A stretch of 64,000 nucleotides of DNA from an uncultured Spirochaetota bacterium (lineage in GTDB: Bacteria; Spirochaetota; Spirochaetia; SZUA-6; Fen-1364): positions 224,001 through 288,000 of the forward strand of contig CAWAHW010000006.1 of the NCBI GenBank assembly GCA_963781885.1. The letters are read 5' to 3'. The number at the start of each line of letters is the position of its first letter. Position 1 is the first letter of the stretch. This document shows positions 38,152 to 49,103 of this stretch, one piece after another. A model generated the notes under the pieces. It had not been told where the DNA came from, did no database searches, and saw nothing but the letters and a program-made list of their open reading frames with translations. The translations under genes and the position numbers were made by a program.

Positions 38152-40559
38152 CGATGTTCACCAGCTTGTCGGGCACCACGATGATCTTCCTGATCTGCGT
38201 GTCGGCCAGGATCGCGCGGATGCGCTCGTGCCCGAGCGCTTTCGCCTTCAGCTCTTCCTCCGGTGTGCCCGCCGGGAGGCTTTCCTTTGCCCGTATCTTT
38301 CCGTTGATCTGGAAAACGATTTCCCTCATTTCCTCCGTCGTATGGCCCTCGTCCCACTCCGGCCACGGCTGGCGCGCGATGCTCGGCGCATTGCCCGAGC
38401 CGGACCCAGAGCTCCTCGGCGAGGTGGGGGGCATAGGGGGAGAGAAGGAGCACGAAGGGCGTCCACAGGGCCCGGGGCATCTGCGGGAGCCCGGACACCT
38501 CGTTGAGGAATATCATCATCTGCGCGATGGCGGTGTTGAACTCCAGCCGCTCCGTGTCGTGGCTCACCTTCTTGATCGTCTTGTGCAGGACGCGCAGGAG
38601 CGGCTCCGTGGGCTGCGCGTCGGTGAGCGGCAGCTCCGTGATGCGCCAGATGCGTTCCAGGAATCGCTTCGCGCCGGCGATGCCGCGCGTCGACCACGGC
38701 TTTGACACCTCAAGGGGGCCCATGAACATTTCGTAGACGCGCATGGTATCCGCGCCGAAGTCGCGCACGATATCGTCGGGGTTGATGACATTGCCCAGGC
38801 TCTTGGACATCTTCACGCCGCCCTCGCCCAGGATCATGCCCTGGTTGATGAGGCGCATGAAGGGCTCGGGGCTGTTCACGAGGCCCTGGTCGAAGAGGAA
38901 CTTGTGCCAGAACCGGGCGTACAGGAGGTGGAGCACCGCGTGCTCCGCGCCGCCGACGTACAGGTCCACCGGCATCCAGTAGTCGATGGCGTCCCGACGC
39001 GCGAACGCCGTGGCGTTGTGCGGGTCGAGGAAGCGCAGGAAATACCAGCAGGAGCCCGCCCACTGGGGCATCGTGTTCGTCTCCCGCTTCGCGGGACCGC
39101 CGCACTTCGGGCAGGTGGTGTTCACCCAGGAGGGGATCTCCGCGAGCGGGCTTTCACCGGTGCTGGTCGGTACGACCGTCTTCACCTCGGGCAGGCGCAG
39201 GGGAAGCTGATCGTCCGGCAGGGCCACCGTCCCGTCCCGGGGGCAGTGCACGAGAGGGATCGGCTCTCCCCAGTAGCGCTGCCGGGAGAATATCCAGTCG
39301 CGGATCTTGTAGTTCACCGCGCGTTTCCCGATCCCCTTCTTCTCCAGCCATTCCACGATCTTCGTCTTGAACGCCGCCGTGGAAAGACCGTCGAACTCGC
39401 CCGAGTTGACGGCCACGCCCTCCGTCGGGTCGGCCTCCGTGAGCTCGTGGACGCCGCCGTCCCTCGAGACGACCTGGATCACGGGCAGGTTGAACTTCTT
39501 TGCAAAGGCGAAGTCGCGCTCGTCGTGGCCCGGCACGGCCATGATGGCGCCCGTGCCGTAGGAGATGAGGATATAGTCGGAGATCCACACGGGGATCTTC
39601 TTCCCGTTCACGGGGTTCACCGCGTAGGCGCCGGTGAAGACGCCGGTCTTGTCTTTCGCGAGCTCGGTGCGCTCCATGTCCGATTTCATCGCGGAGGCGG
39701 TGACATAGGTCTGGACGGCCTTCTTCTGCGCATCCGTCGTAATCCTGGCGACGAGGGGGTGCTCCGGTGCGAGCACCATGTAGGTGGCCCCGAACAGGGT
39801 GTCGGGCCGGGTCGTATAGACCTCGATGGCATCGGCGCCCTTTTCCAGCGCGAAGCGGACATTCGCCCCCTCGCTGCGACCGATCCAGTTCGTCTGCATG
39901 AGCTTCAGCGATTCCGACCAGTCCAGCATGCTGAGGTCCGTGAGCAGCCGCTCGGCGTAGGCGGTGATCTTCAGGATCCACTGGCGCAGGTTGCGTCGCG
40001 TGACGGGCGTGCCGCAGCGGTCGCACAGACCGTCCTTCACTTCCTCATTGGCAAGACCCGTGAGGCAGGACGGGCACCAGTTGATCGGGGCCTCCGCCTC
40101 GTAGGCGAGCCCCTTTTCCCAGAGGCGCAGGAATATCCATTGCGTCCAGCGGAAGTAATCCGGCTCGCAGGAGGAGATGCATCGGCTCCAGTCGTAGGAG
40201 AAGCCCAGCGATTTGATCTGCGTCGTGAACCGCGCGATGTTCTGTTCCGTGGACACCCGCGGATGCGTGCCCGTCTTGATGGCATAGTTCTCCGCCGGCA
40301 AGCCGAAGGAATCGAAGCCCATCGGGTGAAGGACCTGGTATCCCTTCATGCGGAGGTAGCGGCAATAGATGTCCGTGGCGAAATAGCCTTCGGGGTGCCC
40401 GACGTGGAGGCCGGCGGCGGAGGGGTAGGGGAACATGTCGAGGACGTATTTCCGCTTTTCGCGCGGAACCGCCGGGTCCTCGGTGACGCGGAAGGTCTCG
40501 TTGTCCTCCCAGTACTTCTGCCACTTTCTCTCGATGTCGCTGAACGGGTATCCGGTCAT
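38138..40559 (-). CDS. leuS: leucine--tRNA ligase (frameshift at about 38394, likely a sequencing error)
   Basis: [28 protein letters not shown]; C-terminal QINGKIR...VPDKLVNIV in the shifted frame. Confidence 0.96.
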
Positions 40560-40565
40560 GGCGGC

Positions 40566-40594
40566 ATGATAGCCACGCGGTGCGGGCCGGTCAA
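40566..40594 (-). promoter_or_regulatory. leaderless sigma70 promoter of leuS (TTGACC-17-TATCAT-6-ATG)
   Basis: Near-consensus hexamers; no SD before ATG 40559. Confidence 0.7.
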
Positions 40595-40631
40595 CACGAT
40601 GCGGCCGCGGCGTCTTGCGTGCCGTGGCCGG

Positions 40632-40703
40632 GAATGCCACGGAGTACGAATGCCACCGGGTACGGTGGCCGGTGTGGCCGCAAATGCCACCGAGTACCGT
40701 GGC
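40632..40703 (+). repeat. cluster of three RAATGCCAC-N3-GTAC repeats
   Basis: Units at 40632-47, 40648-63 (followed by GGTGGC) and 40682-97 (followed by CGTGGC). Confidence 0.85.
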
Positions 40704-40748
40704 GACCGGGCTTGCACCGCACGCTCCCGCTTCCTACCAATGCGCCCC

Positions 40749-42497
40749 ATGCCGACCCTGCCCCAATTCCTGCTGAAGAGGCTCTATGTCAGCAAGAGCC
40801 TGGCGAACGACACGGACAGCTTCCAGTTCCTCCTGCGCAACGCGATTGGTGGAGGCACGCTCCTCCGCATCTACGGCCTGGACGTGGACGGCACGAGCCA
40901 TCCGGCCTCATCGCTCTCCCTGGTCCTCCCCGACGGGACGGCGCGCGCGGCCGACAGCGTGACCGAGGAAAAACCATTCCCGATCTCCGCGGGAGTGGCC
41001 ATGGTATTCCGTCTTTCCGGCACGGCACTCGCCCCCGGCGGCCACAGTCTCAAGCTGAAGCTGCTGGTCCGCGAGCTGGGCAAGCTGGACATCGGCTTCT
41101 CCGACACCGTGAGCGCCACCGTGGCCGCCGCCGCAAAGAGCGCGGCGCAGCGGGAGGTCGCCGCCGCGGCCCCGAAACATGCCCGCCCGATCCGCGTCGC
41201 CATCATCGGGGCCGGCAGCACCGTGTTTGCCCGGCAGCTCATGACCGACATCCTCCTGGCCCCCGGCCTGGAGACCGGCAGCTTCGTGCTGGTGGACATC
41301 GACGCGAAGAGACTCGAGCTCGCGCACCGTATCGGAGAGAAGATGATTGCCGCAAGCGGCCGAGGCTGGACCGTGGAGGCGGCGACCCGCCGGGCGAAGG
41401 TGCTGCCCGGTTGCGACTACGTCATCAACACCATCGAGGTGGCGGGGCTCCGCAATGTCCTCCACGATTACGACATCCCCCTGCGCTACGGCGTGGACCA
41501 GTGCATCGGGGACACCATCGGGCCCGGCGGCATCTTCAAGCTGCTGCGGACCGGACCGGAGTGGCTCGCCATCCTGCGCGACGTCGAGAGGCTCTGTCCC
41601 GGAGCGATTGTGATGAACTACACCAACCCGATGTCGGCGATGACGCTCCTTGCCCACCGGGCGACCCGCCTTACCGTCGTCGGCCTCTGTCATTCCGTCC
41701 AGGAGACCTCGCAGACGCTCGCCTCGTACCTCGACATCCCGTACGACGAGCTGCGTTTCCGCTGCGCCGGCATCAATCACCTCGCCTGGTTCACCGAGCT
41801 CGCGCACCGCGGGCAGGACATGTATCCACGCCTCCATAAGAAGGCCGCGGACCCCGAGCTCTATGAGCTCGATCCGGTGCGCTTCGAGGTCATGAAGCAT
41901 TTCGGCGCCTTTGTCACGGAATCCAGCGGCCACCTCTCGGAGTACCTGCCGTATTTCCGCAAGCGTCCCGCGCTCCTGGCAAAATACACGCGCCCCGGCT
42001 ACCGCGGGGAGAGCGGCCTGTACGCCAGAAACTGGCCGTCATGGCGCAAGGAGGCGGACGATTCCATCCGCGACATCATCGACGGCCGCGCGCCCCTTTC
42101 GCTCCAGCGCAGCGACGAGTATGCCTCCGCGATCGTTGAAGGCATCGAGCTCGCCCAGCCGCGCGTCATCCACGGCAACGTGCTCAACACGGGGGGGTTG
42201 ATCGGCAATCTCCCGCCGACGGCGTGCGTGGAGCTGCCGGTGCTCGTCGATGCGACGGGTCTTCACCCCGCACGCTTCGGCCCGCTGCCCGAGCAAATGG
42301 CGGCGCTGGACCGGACGCACATCTCCGTGCACGAGCTCATGGCGACCGCGGTGCTCGATCGCGACGCAAAAGCGGCGCGCCATGCCCTTCTCCTGGATCC
42401 ACTCACCGCCGCCGTCTGCTCTCCGGATGAGATCGATGCGCTTTTCGACGAGATGTGGCAGGCGGAGCGCGCCGACCTGGGCTGGTTCGCGTCCTGA
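40749..42497 (+). CDS. GH4 NAD+/Mn2+-dependent alpha-galactosidase/glucosidase with an extra N-terminal domain of about 120 aa
   Basis: IIGAGS, DTIGPGG, NYTNP, GLCHS, GINH, TESSGH; preceded by FLLKRLYVSKSL...VDG domain and an Ala-rich linker. Confidence 0.9.
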   Translation: MPTLPQFLLKRLYVSKSLANDTDSFQFLLRNAIGGGTLLRIYGLDVDGTSHPASSLSLVLPDGTARAADSVTEEKPFPISAGVAMVFRLSGTALAPGGHSLKLKLLVRELGKLDIGFSDTVSATVAAAAKSAAQREVAAAAPKHARPIRVAIIGAGSTVFARQLMTDILLAPGLETGSFVLVDIDAKRLELAHRIGEKMIAASGRGWTVEAATRRAKVLPGCDYVINTIEVAGLRNVLHDYDIPLRYGVDQCIGDTIGPGGIFKLLRTGPEWLAILRDVERLCPGAIVMNYTNPMSAMTLLAHRATRLTVVGLCHSVQETSQTLASYLDIPYDELRFRCAGINHLAWFTELAHRGQDMYPRLHKKAADPELYELDPVRFEVMKHFGAFVTESSGHLSEYLPYFRKRPALLAKYTRPGYRGESGLYARNWPSWRKEADDSIRDIIDGRAPLSLQRSDEYASAIVEGIELAQPRVIHGNVLNTGGLIGNLPPTACVELPVLVDATGLHPARFGPLPEQMAALDRTHISVHELMATAVLDRDAKAARHALLLDPLTAAVCSPDEIDALFDEMWQAERADLGWFAS

Positions 42498-42532
42498 CGG
42501 CGAGCGAGGGCGTCGCCTGGAAGGAGGTGTGG

Positions 42533-44300
42533 ATGAAGACCCGACTCCGCGACCTTGCACTGCGGATGACGCTCCTCTACGGCCTTGTCTCGGTGCTCTG
42601 GATCACCCTCTCCGATCGTCTTCTCTTCATGTTCCTCAAGGATCCGGCATCCATCAACAGGGTCTCCACCATCAAGGGATGGGCGTTCGTCGCGGTGACG
42701 TCGCTCCTGCTCTTCGGCGCGCTGCGGCGCGACTTGCGTCGATGGGAGGAGGAGGCGGCGGGTCGCGCACGGGCGGAGGAATCCCTGCGCGAAAGCGAGG
42801 CGGCTCTGCGCGCGATGTTCGACGTCGTCTCGGTGGCCATCGTGCAGGCCGACCCCGCGACGGGCCTCTACCTGCGGGTCAACCGAAAGATGAGCGAGAT
42901 CACGGGCTACTCCAACGCGGAGCTGCTGGAGAAGCGCGCCGCCGACATCACCCATCCCGATGACCGGGAGCGCGACGGGGAGGTCTTCCGCGCGCTCGTA
43001 GAAGGGGCGGTGCAGGAGTACCGGCACGAGATAAGGCTCGTGCGGAGCGACGGCTCCACGGTCTGGGTGAACGTGAACGCGACGATGCTCCATGACGACG
43101 GCGGGCGTCCCCCGCGCATGGTGGCGGCGTTGGAGGATATCAGCGTGAGACGCGGTTTGGAGGAGCAGCTCCTCCAGGCGCGGAAGATGGAGGCCATCGG
43201 ACAGCTCGCCGGCGGCATCGCGCACGACTTCAACAATCTCCTCACCGTGATCGGGGGCTACAGCGACCTGCTTCTCACGCGCATGGCATCGGACGACCCC
43301 CAGCGCAGCCTGATCGTCGAGATCCGCAAGGCAGGGCAGCGCGCGGCCTCCCTCACGCAGCAGCTTCTTGCCTTCAGCCGTCGGCAGATGCTCGCCCCGA
43401 AGCTCCTGGACCTCAACGAGGTGGTGGTGAACGTCGAAAAGATGCTCCGCCGTCTCATCGGCGAGGACTACGTCGTCGACGCTCGCGCTTTCCACGCGCA
43501 GCGTGCTGATCAAGGTCGACCCCGGGCAGCTGGAGCAGGTGATCATCAATCTCTGCGTGAACGCGCGCGATGCAATGCCCCGTGGCGGCCTCCTCACGAT
43601 CGAGACGCGCATCGAGGAGCTCGACGAGCGCTTCTGCGAGCTGCACCAGGGCGCGCGGCCCGGTCGCTCCATGGTGCTCGCGGTGAGCGATACCGGCGAA
43701 GGGATGACGCCGCAGGTGCGGGAGAGGATATTCGAGCCCTTTTTTACCACCAAGGAGCAGGGAAAGGGCACCGGGCTTGGCCTTGCCACCGTGTTCGGCA
43801 TCGTGCGCCAGAGCGACGGATTCATCGACGTCAGGAGCGAGGTCGGGGCAGGGTCGACATTCACCGTCTACCTGCCCGCCGCGTCAGGCGAGGCGCAGAC
43901 GGAGCAGTCCGCGGAAGAAGGCCTGGCGCCGTCGGTGGGCGGTGAGGGCATCCTGCTCGTGGAAGACGAAGAGGGCGTGCGGCAATTCGTCCGTCTCGCG
44001 TTGGAGTCCTACGGGTATTTCGTCCGGGAGGCGCGGACCGCGAAGGCCGCCCTGGAGATGCTGGAGAGCGCGGCGGCGCCGGTGCAGCTCCTCCTCACGG
44101 ACGTCGTGATGCCGGACATGAGCGGCCCGCAGCTCGCGGAGGCGGCGCGCGCCCGCGTCGACGTCAAGGTTCTTTTCATGAGCGGCTATACCGATGACCG
44201 CATCGTGCGGGAAGGGGTCCTTTCGCCCGGCACGCATTTCATCACGAAGCCGTTTTCCGCGCTCGACCTCGCGCGCAAGGTGCGCCAGGCGCTCGGGTAG
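42533..44300 (+). CDS. PAS hybrid sensor histidine kinase with receiver (frameshift at about 43480)
   Basis: 2 TMs, PAS, AGGIAHDFNN H-box, NLCVNARDA, FTTK..GKGTGLGL, receiver TDVVMP. Confidence 0.92.
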
Positions 44301-44332
44301 AGACGGGCGTTTCGCGGCGCTATACTCGCGCG

Positions 44333-45508
44333 GTGAGCGAACCTGACTTCACCTGCGTCGTCACCTCCAGCTTCGGGCTGGAATCGATCGTGCGCGCCGA
44401 GATCGACGCACTGGGTGTGCGTGGGGCGCGCACCCTGGACCGGCGCGTCATCTTCACGGGGACCGCGCGGGACGTCGCCCGCTGCAACGTCTGCCTGCGG
44501 GCCGCAGATCGGGTGCTCATCCAGGCGGCGGAGATTCCGGCGCCGGATTTTGACTCGCTCTATGAGGGCATCCGGAGCCTGCCGTGGCGCGACCTGCTCG
44601 CGCAGGACGCCGCGGTGACGGTGAAGGCGCGCAGCGCAAAGTCCCGTCTGACGGCGATTCCTTCCATCCAGTCCGTTGCGAAGAGGGCCATCCTCGATGG
44701 GCTCACCGGTCGGCGCGGCCGCACCGGGGGGCCCGGGGCGCCGCGCGACCAGGGGCCGCGTCTCCCCGAGACGGGTCCGGCGTACGACGTGGAGGTGATG
44801 CTGAACGCCGATCGCGCGGCCATCTGCCTCGACACGACCGGCCCGGGGCTGCACAAGCGCGGCTATCGGCGGGGAACGGGTGAGGCGCCCCTGCGCGAAA
44901 ATCTCGCGGCGGGCCTCGTGGCGCTGTCGCGCTGGGAGCCGCCGCGTCCGTTCGCCGACCCGCTCTGCGGCGCGGGAACCATCCCCATCGAAGCGGCGCT
45001 GCGCGCGGCGCGCATCGCGCCGGGCCGGGGGAGGGCATTCGCCGCCGAGCGGTGGCCGCTCGTTCCCGCCCGCGTGTGGAAGGACGCCCGCGAGGAGGCG
45101 CGCGCGGGGGAACGCCGCGATCCGGGCATCCGCATCGAGGCGTCCGACCGCGACCCGCGGATGGTGGCCCTTGCGCGGCGCAACGCGGAGGCGGCGGGAG
45201 TCGAGGATCTGGTTGCATTCCGCGTCGCCGCCGTCCAGGGCATCACGCCCGCGGGCGAACGCGGTTGCATGATCTGCAACCCGCCGTACGGGGAGCGCCT
45301 CGGAGACGCGCGGGAGGTGGAAGAGCTCGCGGCCGCCCTTGCGGGGGTTTTTGAAAGGGCCGCCACGTGGTCCCTCTTCGTCCTGAGCGGGCGCGAGGAT
45401 TTCCAGAAGCTTTTCGGCGCGCGAGCGGACCGCAATCGGAAGCTCTACAACGGCAATATCCGCTGCTGGTTCTACCAGTACTTTCGCCCGCTGCGGCCGG
45501 GGGCCTAA
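44333..45508 (+). CDS. THUMP-domain RNA methyltransferase (RlmL-like)
   Basis: FGLES, LHKRGYR, APLRENLAAG, DPLCGAGT, NPPYGER. Confidence 0.92.
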   Translation: MSEPDFTCVVTSSFGLESIVRAEIDALGVRGARTLDRRVIFTGTARDVARCNVCLRAADRVLIQAAEIPAPDFDSLYEGIRSLPWRDLLAQDAAVTVKARSAKSRLTAIPSIQSVAKRAILDGLTGRRGRTGGPGAPRDQGPRLPETGPAYDVEVMLNADRAAICLDTTGPGLHKRGYRRGTGEAPLRENLAAGLVALSRWEPPRPFADPLCGAGTIPIEAALRAARIAPGRGRAFAAERWPLVPARVWKDAREEARAGERRDPGIRIEASDRDPRMVALARRNAEAAGVEDLVAFRVAAVQGITPAGERGCMICNPPYGERLGDAREVEELAAALAGVFERAATWSLFVLSGREDFQKLFGARADRNRKLYNGNIRCWFYQYFRPLRPGA

Positions 45509-46749
45509 GCGCGCGGATTCCTGATTCGCTTCTCCCTGTCGGGGACTCTCACCATTCTCTTGCCGCGGATGGCGTACAGGTGGCCGGCGTGCTCGAATTT
45601 TCGCACGAACGCCGATGCGGGAGCCGCGAAGAGGGTGAAAATGTCCCGCAGGGGAATGGTCCATGCGTAGCGCAGGTCTTTCCACGCATGACCGTACAGG
45701 ATGTTCGACAGGACGATGCTGAGCGTGCGCACGACGAGCGCGCCGACGCCCAGGACAAGCGCAGCGGTGCGGAGGGGCAGCGTCCCGCCCGCCACAAAGA
45801 CCCGAAGCGTGGGGTCGAGGAAGAGGGACAGGAGCAGGGTGATGACAGCCAGGCCGGAGTTCTGCAGGAGAGGGACGAGGACATAGGCGCGGGAGAACTT
45901 GTACCAGAACATCCCCCACCGCAGGATGTGACCGGCGGCCTTTCTCCAGGTGGTCTTCACGTAGCGGGTGTGGGTGATCCTCCGGGACATCCAGATGTGC
46001 GCGCCCGGTCTGTGCATGACCTCGCCCCAGGCGTTGTCGTCGCTCACGTGATCCTTGATGACATCGATCGCGCCGAAATCATAGAAATCCATTTTTCGCA
46101 GGACCAGCGTATGCCCGACGACGAAGCGCAGGAGACCGAGCTGGCTCAACAACATGAGGACGACGGGGTAGTCGCCGTTCTGGTACAGCCCCTCGAAGGC
46201 GCTTGCCGCCGACCGGAAGTGATTCATCGTCTGGATGGAAAAAACGATGGAGACATGCGGGTCGGAAAGCGGCCGGACCTCGCGCAGAAGATGATCAGGC
46301 TCCACGAAGGCGTCCGCGTCGGTGATGTTGATGGTGTCGTACTTGGCGTGGGCAATGCCCTCGATGTAGTTGTTCGCTTTCTCGTGGACGGCGACGTGCT
46401 CGCGGGAGCGGATCAGGCGCGCGTCGACGCCGGGATGTCCGGCGATCATCCGCTCAATGACGGGAATCGACGGATCGTCACCCGCGTTCTCGTGCACGAC
46501 GAAGAGTATCTCGAAGACCGGATAGTCGATGGCAAAGAAGCTCAAGAAGTTCTTTTCGTCGTCCGGGGCGAGACCCCGCACGGGCTTCACGATCGTCACG
46601 GGCGGCGTGAAGCCTTCGACGCGCGCGTAGGGATCGCGGCGCACGGCGTACGCCGCCGCGGCGAGCCAGAACGGCAGATGTCCGAGGATGACGACGGCGA
46701 GCTCGATGCACAGAACGAAGACGATCCATCCGAGTACGCCAAGGCTCAT
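45505..46749 (-). CDS. ceramide glucosyltransferase/HpnI-like membrane glycosyltransferase (GT21-like)
   Basis: N-terminal TM; VTIVKPVRG, KANN, ITDAD, SDD, HILRW (variant of QxxRW); C-terminal TMs. Confidence 0.82.
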   Translation of the reverse strand: MSLGVLGWIVFVLCIELAVVILGHLPFWLAAAAYAVRRDPYARVEGFTPPVTIVKPVRGLAPDDEKNFLSFFAIDYPVFEILFVVHENAGDDPSIPVIERMIAGHPGVDARLIRSREHVAVHEKANNYIEGIAHAKYDTINITDADAFVEPDHLLREVRPLSDPHVSIVFSIQTMNHFRSAASAFEGLYQNGDYPVVLMLLSQLGLLRFVVGHTLVLRKMDFYDFGAIDVIKDHVSDDNAWGEVMHRPGAHIWMSRRITHTRYVKTTWRKAAGHILRWGMFWYKFSRAYVLVPLLQNSGLAVITLLLSLFLDPTLRVFVAGGTLPLRTAALVLGVGALVVRTLSIVLSNILYGHAWKDLRYAWTIPLRDIFTLFAAPASAFVRKFEHAGHLYAIRGKRMVRVPDREKRIRNPRA

Positions 46750-47048
46750 GGCACATCATCCTCCCCGAATCGGGCGTTTCGATTGAAACAGCGAAGGAGA
46801 ATCGCGTGACCGTTCGGCGATCGCTCACCGTCCATGTATGGGGAAAATAACGCGATCGCGGCACGAATGGGAAGCGAGCCTTCCGGACACATGCCTCGGC
46901 AGGCGAGGCGGGCGGCGCGCGAGCTTCTCATCAGGGATTGCATTTTTCGATTTTCGCTCCCTATACTCGGGCTGTTGATCCGCAAGGAGGCCTCCCGGAG
47001 GCAACTGAGCCCCGGGGCGTGCGCTTCCGAAGTAAAAAGGATCGAACG

Positions 47049-48230
47049 ATGAAAATTGCTTTGACCACGGATACATATTGGCCAAGGGTGAACGGCGTGA
47101 CGGTTGTCGTCGACAGTCTTCGCCGGTACCTGGCGTCACGGGGCCACGATGTGCGCGTTTTCGCTCCCCAGTATCCGGTCGATAAAAAAAACGCAGGCGC
47201 AAAGGATCCGCCAAACGTTCAACGCTTCTCCGCGTTCAGCCTCCGTTTGTCCCCCGAAGATCGGATCGGGTGGCCGATCGACCGCTGGCAGATCACCAGA
47301 ATCCTGTCGGACTGGAAGCCCGACATCGTCCATTCACATACGGAGTTCACGATAGGCTTCGGCGGCAAGACGTACTGTCGGCGGCATGGTGTCCCGCATA
47401 TCATGACCCGCCACGCCATGTATGAGGATTTTCTCTGTACGTATGTCCCCGTCATACCGCCATGGCTTTCGCGCTCCATCGTCGCGTCATGGTCGAGGGC
47501 TGATTACCGCCTCGTGGACCGCGTGGTGGTTCCCGCAGAACACCTCCGGCAGCTCATCATCTCCTACGGCGTCCACACGCCGGTCGAGGTCATCCCGAAC
47601 GGCGTGGACATGCCCGAGCTCGACCCCCGGCGCGCGCCCGAGGCGAGCCCGCGTGTCGCCCCCATTTTACAGCAGACAAAGGGCCATCGGGTGCTCATCA
47701 CGGTCGGCCGCGTGGCACGCGAGAAAAACATCGACTTCCTCCTCCGCGCTTTCGAGCTTGTACCCCAGACACCCGCGCCGGTCGATCTTCTTGTGGTCGG
47801 GGATGGACCTTATCGCAGGGATCTGCAGATGAAGATCGCAGCCCGCGGCCTCTCTGACAGGATCATATTCACCGGCTACTTGAGCAGGATTGAAGTTGCC
47901 GCGTTGCTGAGTCGATCCGACGTATTCGTTTTCGCGTCAAAGACGGAAGTGCTGAGTCTGGTGCTCATCGAGGCAATGATCTGCGGCACGGCAATCGTTG
48001 CCGTGAAAGCCAGGGGCGTCGACGAGGTAATCGACGGTTCGTGGGGCACGAACCTGGTGCCCGAAGACCCACATGAGTTTGCGCGCGCCGTCACGCAGCT
48101 CCTGACCAATGAGCCGTTGCGGCGACGTCTCGCCGGGGAGGGAAAAAAAGCATCACAGAACTGGACGATGGTACGCATGGCAGAACGGACGCTCGCTCTT
48201 TACGAAAGCCTTGTGCGCGCGGCCTCGTGA
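47049..48230 (+). CDS. GT4 glycosyltransferase (diacylglycerol glucosyltransferase-like)
   Basis: TDTYWPRVNGV, HSHTEF, GRVAREKN, FASKTE...IEAM; promoter TTGCAT-18-TATACT. Confidence 0.9.
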   Translation: MKIALTTDTYWPRVNGVTVVVDSLRRYLASRGHDVRVFAPQYPVDKKNAGAKDPPNVQRFSAFSLRLSPEDRIGWPIDRWQITRILSDWKPDIVHSHTEFTIGFGGKTYCRRHGVPHIMTRHAMYEDFLCTYVPVIPPWLSRSIVASWSRADYRLVDRVVVPAEHLRQLIISYGVHTPVEVIPNGVDMPELDPRRAPEASPRVAPILQQTKGHRVLITVGRVAREKNIDFLLRAFELVPQTPAPVDLLVVGDGPYRRDLQMKIAARGLSDRIIFTGYLSRIEVAALLSRSDVFVFASKTEVLSLVLIEAMICGTAIVAVKARGVDEVIDGSWGTNLVPEDPHEFARAVTQLLTNEPLRRRLAGEGKKASQNWTMVRMAERTLALYESLVRAAS

Positions 48231-48359
48231 GATGCGCGGCCGCATGAAGAACGAGCCATCACGTTCGTCTGTTGACACGCCGGGGCGCCGATCGGGGACG
48301 CACCCGGGGTCTCTTGCGGGGATTGTCATCTCGAATCCCCCCGCCGTATGCTACGCTCC

Positions 48360-49103
48360 ATGAAGTTCAGCTTCGTGATTCCGGCGCACAACGAGGAAAA
48401 GAGAATCGGCCAATGCGTCGATTCCATTCTCCATGCGATCGAAGCGACAATGTGCGACGCCGAGGTCGTCGTGGTCGACAATGCAAGCGGGGATTGCACG
48501 GCAAAGGTCGCCTCATCCCGCCCGGGAGTTCGCGTCGTCGAGGAGCCACGCAAGGGGCTGCTCTTCGCCCGCCAGAAAGGGTTTGAAGCTGCAACGGGGG
48601 ATCTGGTGGCCTGCATCGATGCGGATTCGCTTCTGAGCCCGGGCTGGATCGACGCCGCGCGCCATGCTTTCGCCCGGTCCCCGCGCATCGTGTGCCTGAG
48701 CGGTCCCTACGTCTATTACGATTTGTCCTCTGCCGCCAACCTTCTCGTGATGATGTGGTACTTCGTCACGATGGTCATCATGGCGTTCATCGGCCAGTAC
48801 ATTCTGGGGACGACCGCGATGCTGCAGGGGGGAAACTACGTCGTGCGCCGAAGCGCGCTGGAAAAGATCGGCGGCTACAACACCGCCATCACCTTTTACG
48901 GGGAGGACATCGACCTTGCCTGCCGCCTTGCAAAGGTCGGCCATATCCTGTTTTTGTTCCGCTTCAGGCTCAAGACATCAGGCCGCCGGATCCGCAAGGA
49001 AGGATTCTTTGCCACCGGCATCCGCTACGCGGCCAACGGGCTGTATGTCGCGTTGCTGGGTCGGCCGGTTTCCCATCGTTACACGGACATCCGGGAGAGT
49101 TGA
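48360..49103 (+). CDS. GT2 glycosyltransferase
   Basis: VIPAHNEE, VVDNAS, IDAD, GEDID, TSGRR. Confidence 0.9.
   Translation: MKFSFVIPAHNEEKRIGQCVDSILHAIEATMCDAEVVVVDNASGDCTAKVASSRPGVRVVEEPRKGLLFARQKGFEAATGDLVACIDADSLLSPGWIDAARHAFARSPRIVCLSGPYVYYDLSSAANLLVMMWYFVTMVIMAFIGQYILGTTAMLQGGNYVVRRSALEKIGGYNTAITFYGEDIDLACRLAKVGHILFLFRFRLKTSGRRIRKEGFFATGIRYAANGLYVALLGRPVSHRYTDIRES

Noticed and set aside
38904-40748. 1197-aa ORF read as a giant GH4 fusion
   Set aside because: The first ~615 codons are mostly antisense to leuS, a GC-rich shadow ORF; the real gene starts near 40749.
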